Of a stretch of 64,000 bases of DNA, positions 61,741 through 64,000 are shown piece by piece. The stretch covers positions 92,132,001-92,196,000 of the forward strand of contig NC_088795.1 of NCBI RefSeq assembly GCF_011386835.1, in the 5' to 3' direction. Both the position numbers and the translations under genes were made by a program. The notes below the pieces were generated by a model, which was not told the origin of the DNA, ran no database searches, and saw only the letters and a program-made list of their open reading frames with translations. Position 1 is the stretch's first letter; each line of letters opens with the position of its first letter. The stretch is from Chrysemys picta bellii (lineage: Eukaryota).

Positions 61741-62101
61741 AGTCAACAATAGTTGAGCAGTTGTCCTTAAAAGTCCTCTTGTTTACATCCATTTATCAAT
61801 ACTCCTATAATGTAGATGAGAAATAATAGTTAGGACAGTTTTGCACTTAATTGATATGAAACATGGGCTTTTTCCATACAAAATGGAAAAACCCTGACAA
61901 ACTAAATGATAAAGGAGACCTAGGTCACAATTTTAAAACTTAGGTGTCTGTATTTTTGGTTGCTCAATCCATATTTAGACCCACCCCTTAAATAAAAGTG
62001 CTGAGCATCAAGAAAGCTTATTGAAGTGCTCAGTAGTTTTGAAAATCAGGCCGCTTCTGTTTAAGTGCCTAAATGTGGTTTTATGTGTGAGGCTAACATT
62101 T

Positions 62102-63070
62102 CATAGAATCATAGAATATCAGAGTTGGAAGGGACCTCAAGAGGTCATCTAGTCCAACCCCCTGCTCAAAGCAGGACCAATTCCCAGCTAAATCATCCCA
62201 GCCAGGGTTTTGTCAAGCCGGGCCTTAAAAACCTCCAAGGAAGGAGACTCCACCACCTCCCTAAGTAACCCATTCCAGTGCTTCACCACCCTCCTAGGGA
62301 AATAGTTTTTCCTGATATCCAACCTGGACCTCCCCCACTGCAACTTGAGACCATTGCTCCTTGTTCTGTCATCTGCCACCACTGAGAACAGCCGAGCTCC
62401 ATCCTCTTTGGAACCCCCCTTCAGGTAGTTGAAGGCTGCTATCAAATCCCCCCTCATTCTTCTCTTCTGGAGACTAAACAATCCCAGTTCCCTCAGCCTC
62501 TCCTCATAAGTCATGTGCTCCAGACCCCTAATCATTTTTGTTGCCCTCCGCTGGACTCTTTCCAATTTTTCCACATCCTTCTTGTAGTGTGGGGCCCAAA
62601 ACTGGACACAGTATTCCAGATGAGGCCTCACCAATGTCGAATAAAGGGGAACGATCACGTTCCTCGATCTGCTGGCAATGCCCCTACTTATACAGCCCAA
62701 AATGCCGTTAGCCTTCTTGGCAACAAGAGCACACTGTTGACTCATATCCAGCTTCTCGTCCACTGTGACCCCTAGGTCCTTTTCTGCAGAACTGCTACCT
62801 AGCCATTCGGTCCCTAGTCTGTAGCAGTGCATGGGATTCTTCCGTCCTAAGTGCAGGACTCTGCACTTGTCCTTGTTGAACCTCATCAGGTTTTTTTTGG
62901 CCCAATCCTCTAATTTGTCTAGGTCCCTCTGTATCCGATCCCTACCCTCTAGTGTATCTACCACGCCTCCTAGTTTAGTGCCATCTGCAAACTTGCTGAG
63001 AGTGCAGTCCACACCATCCTCCAGATCATTAATAAAGATATTAAACAAAACCGGCCCCAGGACCGACCCT
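62102..63070 (-). mobile_element. Young 5'-truncated CR1 LINE (RT domains 4-7 to the C-terminus)
   Basis: Open frame [16 protein letters not shown]...[11 protein letters not shown]...LAGMI* (stop at 62188-90); 3' tail (ATTCTATG)2; antisense to LNX1. Confidence 0.97.
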
Positions 63071-63433
63071 ATCTTCTGTAGCCTCAGGTAAGGGCTGTGC
63101 TCTTGCCCCCTGATCACTGGCTATTAACAGATTTCTCAGTTCTTCCTTTGTAGCTTTCTTTCTAAAGCTTATCCTCTTTTCTGAACACAAATTTTTAGAC
63201 AACTAGTGTGGAAATTTTGGCCATGGAGGTTTAAGTTTTGCCAGCGAAGAATGCTTCTCTACAAAGACTTATGGAAGCTAACTTATAGACAGCAGCTTCC
63301 TACTTATATCCCACAACTGTAGTGGCTCCAAGGAATACTGTCAACCTGACATAATCCTCTATAAAAGAATGACAAAGAGGTAGGTTCAAGATGATGAACA
63401 AGATACTAAGGATGTATGTAGCATTTTTCATAT

Positions 63434-63625
63434 ACCAAGTGCATTAACTAAATAATCCTTTCAACAGTAGTTAAGCATTGTTATCCCTATTTTACAGATG
63501 GGATACAGAGAGGCTAAGATGTTACAGTAGCTGTCCAAGGCCACCCAGCGCATCAGTGGCTGAGCTGGGTTTAGATGAGTTCATGTGTTCCCATGCCACA
63601 CTCGGTCCACCAGACCATGCTGCTT
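63434..63625 (-). mobile_element. MIR-like SINE
   Basis: ttatccctattttacagatgg...gaggctaag...ccaaggccacccagc...gtggctgagctggg...accagaccatgctgc. Confidence 0.65.
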
Positions 63626-64000
63626 CTGGAGGACTGGAAAGTTTAGCAGTTTAACCTGATCTCTATGTAGCTTTTGGGTATATTGTGCCATGCTCATTTG
63701 TGGTATGAAAGTGATATAAAGGGTTATATTAGGGAGCTAGATGCTCTTAAGGACATAGGTTCCTTGAGGTTGTGATTTACATGCACTTGTGACACATTGC
63801 TAATGCCAGTGCTTTAAGTCTCTCTGATCACTGGAGGTGTAGCAAATACAAATAGTTGCTGCAGTGGTTGCTGCTCCTTTTGTTGGGTTTCTTCACTTTC
63901 GCAGCATTCAGATAATTGGATGGTTATTGCTTAGGACCTTGAATATGACCTGATTTCTCTTTGACAAGCAAATGCTATAGTGCTACCAGCAGAGCAAATA

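Noticed and set aside
62188-63117. 309-aa ORF as a host gene
   Set aside because: It is a truncated CR1 RT; the first about 15 residues, including the Met, come from flanking DNA
34659-64000. LNX1 shared downstream exon (C-K-G-A-S-H-Y-G...) and PDZ exons
   Set aside because: Not found by eye; the near match at about 54895 (cgt aaa ggg gcc) has no acceptor and hits a stop; the exon is presumed beyond the window
1-64000. CRISPR arrays, operons, rRNA/tRNA genes, endogenous viral ORFs
   Set aside because: This is eukaryotic intronic/intergenic DNA; tRNA-like segments are SINE heads; no repeat-spacer arrays or viral protein motifs were recognised

Overview
Vertebrate genomic DNA, almost certainly turtle: it carries tortoise PolIII/SINEs, CR1 LINEs sharing their 3' tail, and reptile-type hAT, Harbinger and Penelope repeats. 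The window covers the 5' part of LNX1 on the + strand. It contains the Zn-RING-Zn coding exon of the p80 isoform (exon 31393-31871, CDS from 31480). It also contains the RING-less p70 alternative first coding exon (34567-34658, MKALLLLVLPWLSPANYIDNVGNLHFLYSEL), which the ORF track missed and which follows a cluster of short uORFs. The shared downstream exon (CKGASHYG...) was not found and probably lies beyond 64000. The rest is upstream or intronic DNA dense in mobile elements; many DNA transposons have exact TIRs and TSDs. The best leads are the signal-peptide-like p70 N-terminus with an in-frame stop inside its splice donor, a Penelope-derived minimal hammerhead ribozyme with an intact core, a well-preserved LF-SINE beside the RING exon, and SINE tail swapping. 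I found no convincing wholly new multi-gene system. All family names come from recall of consensus sequences, not from database searches.
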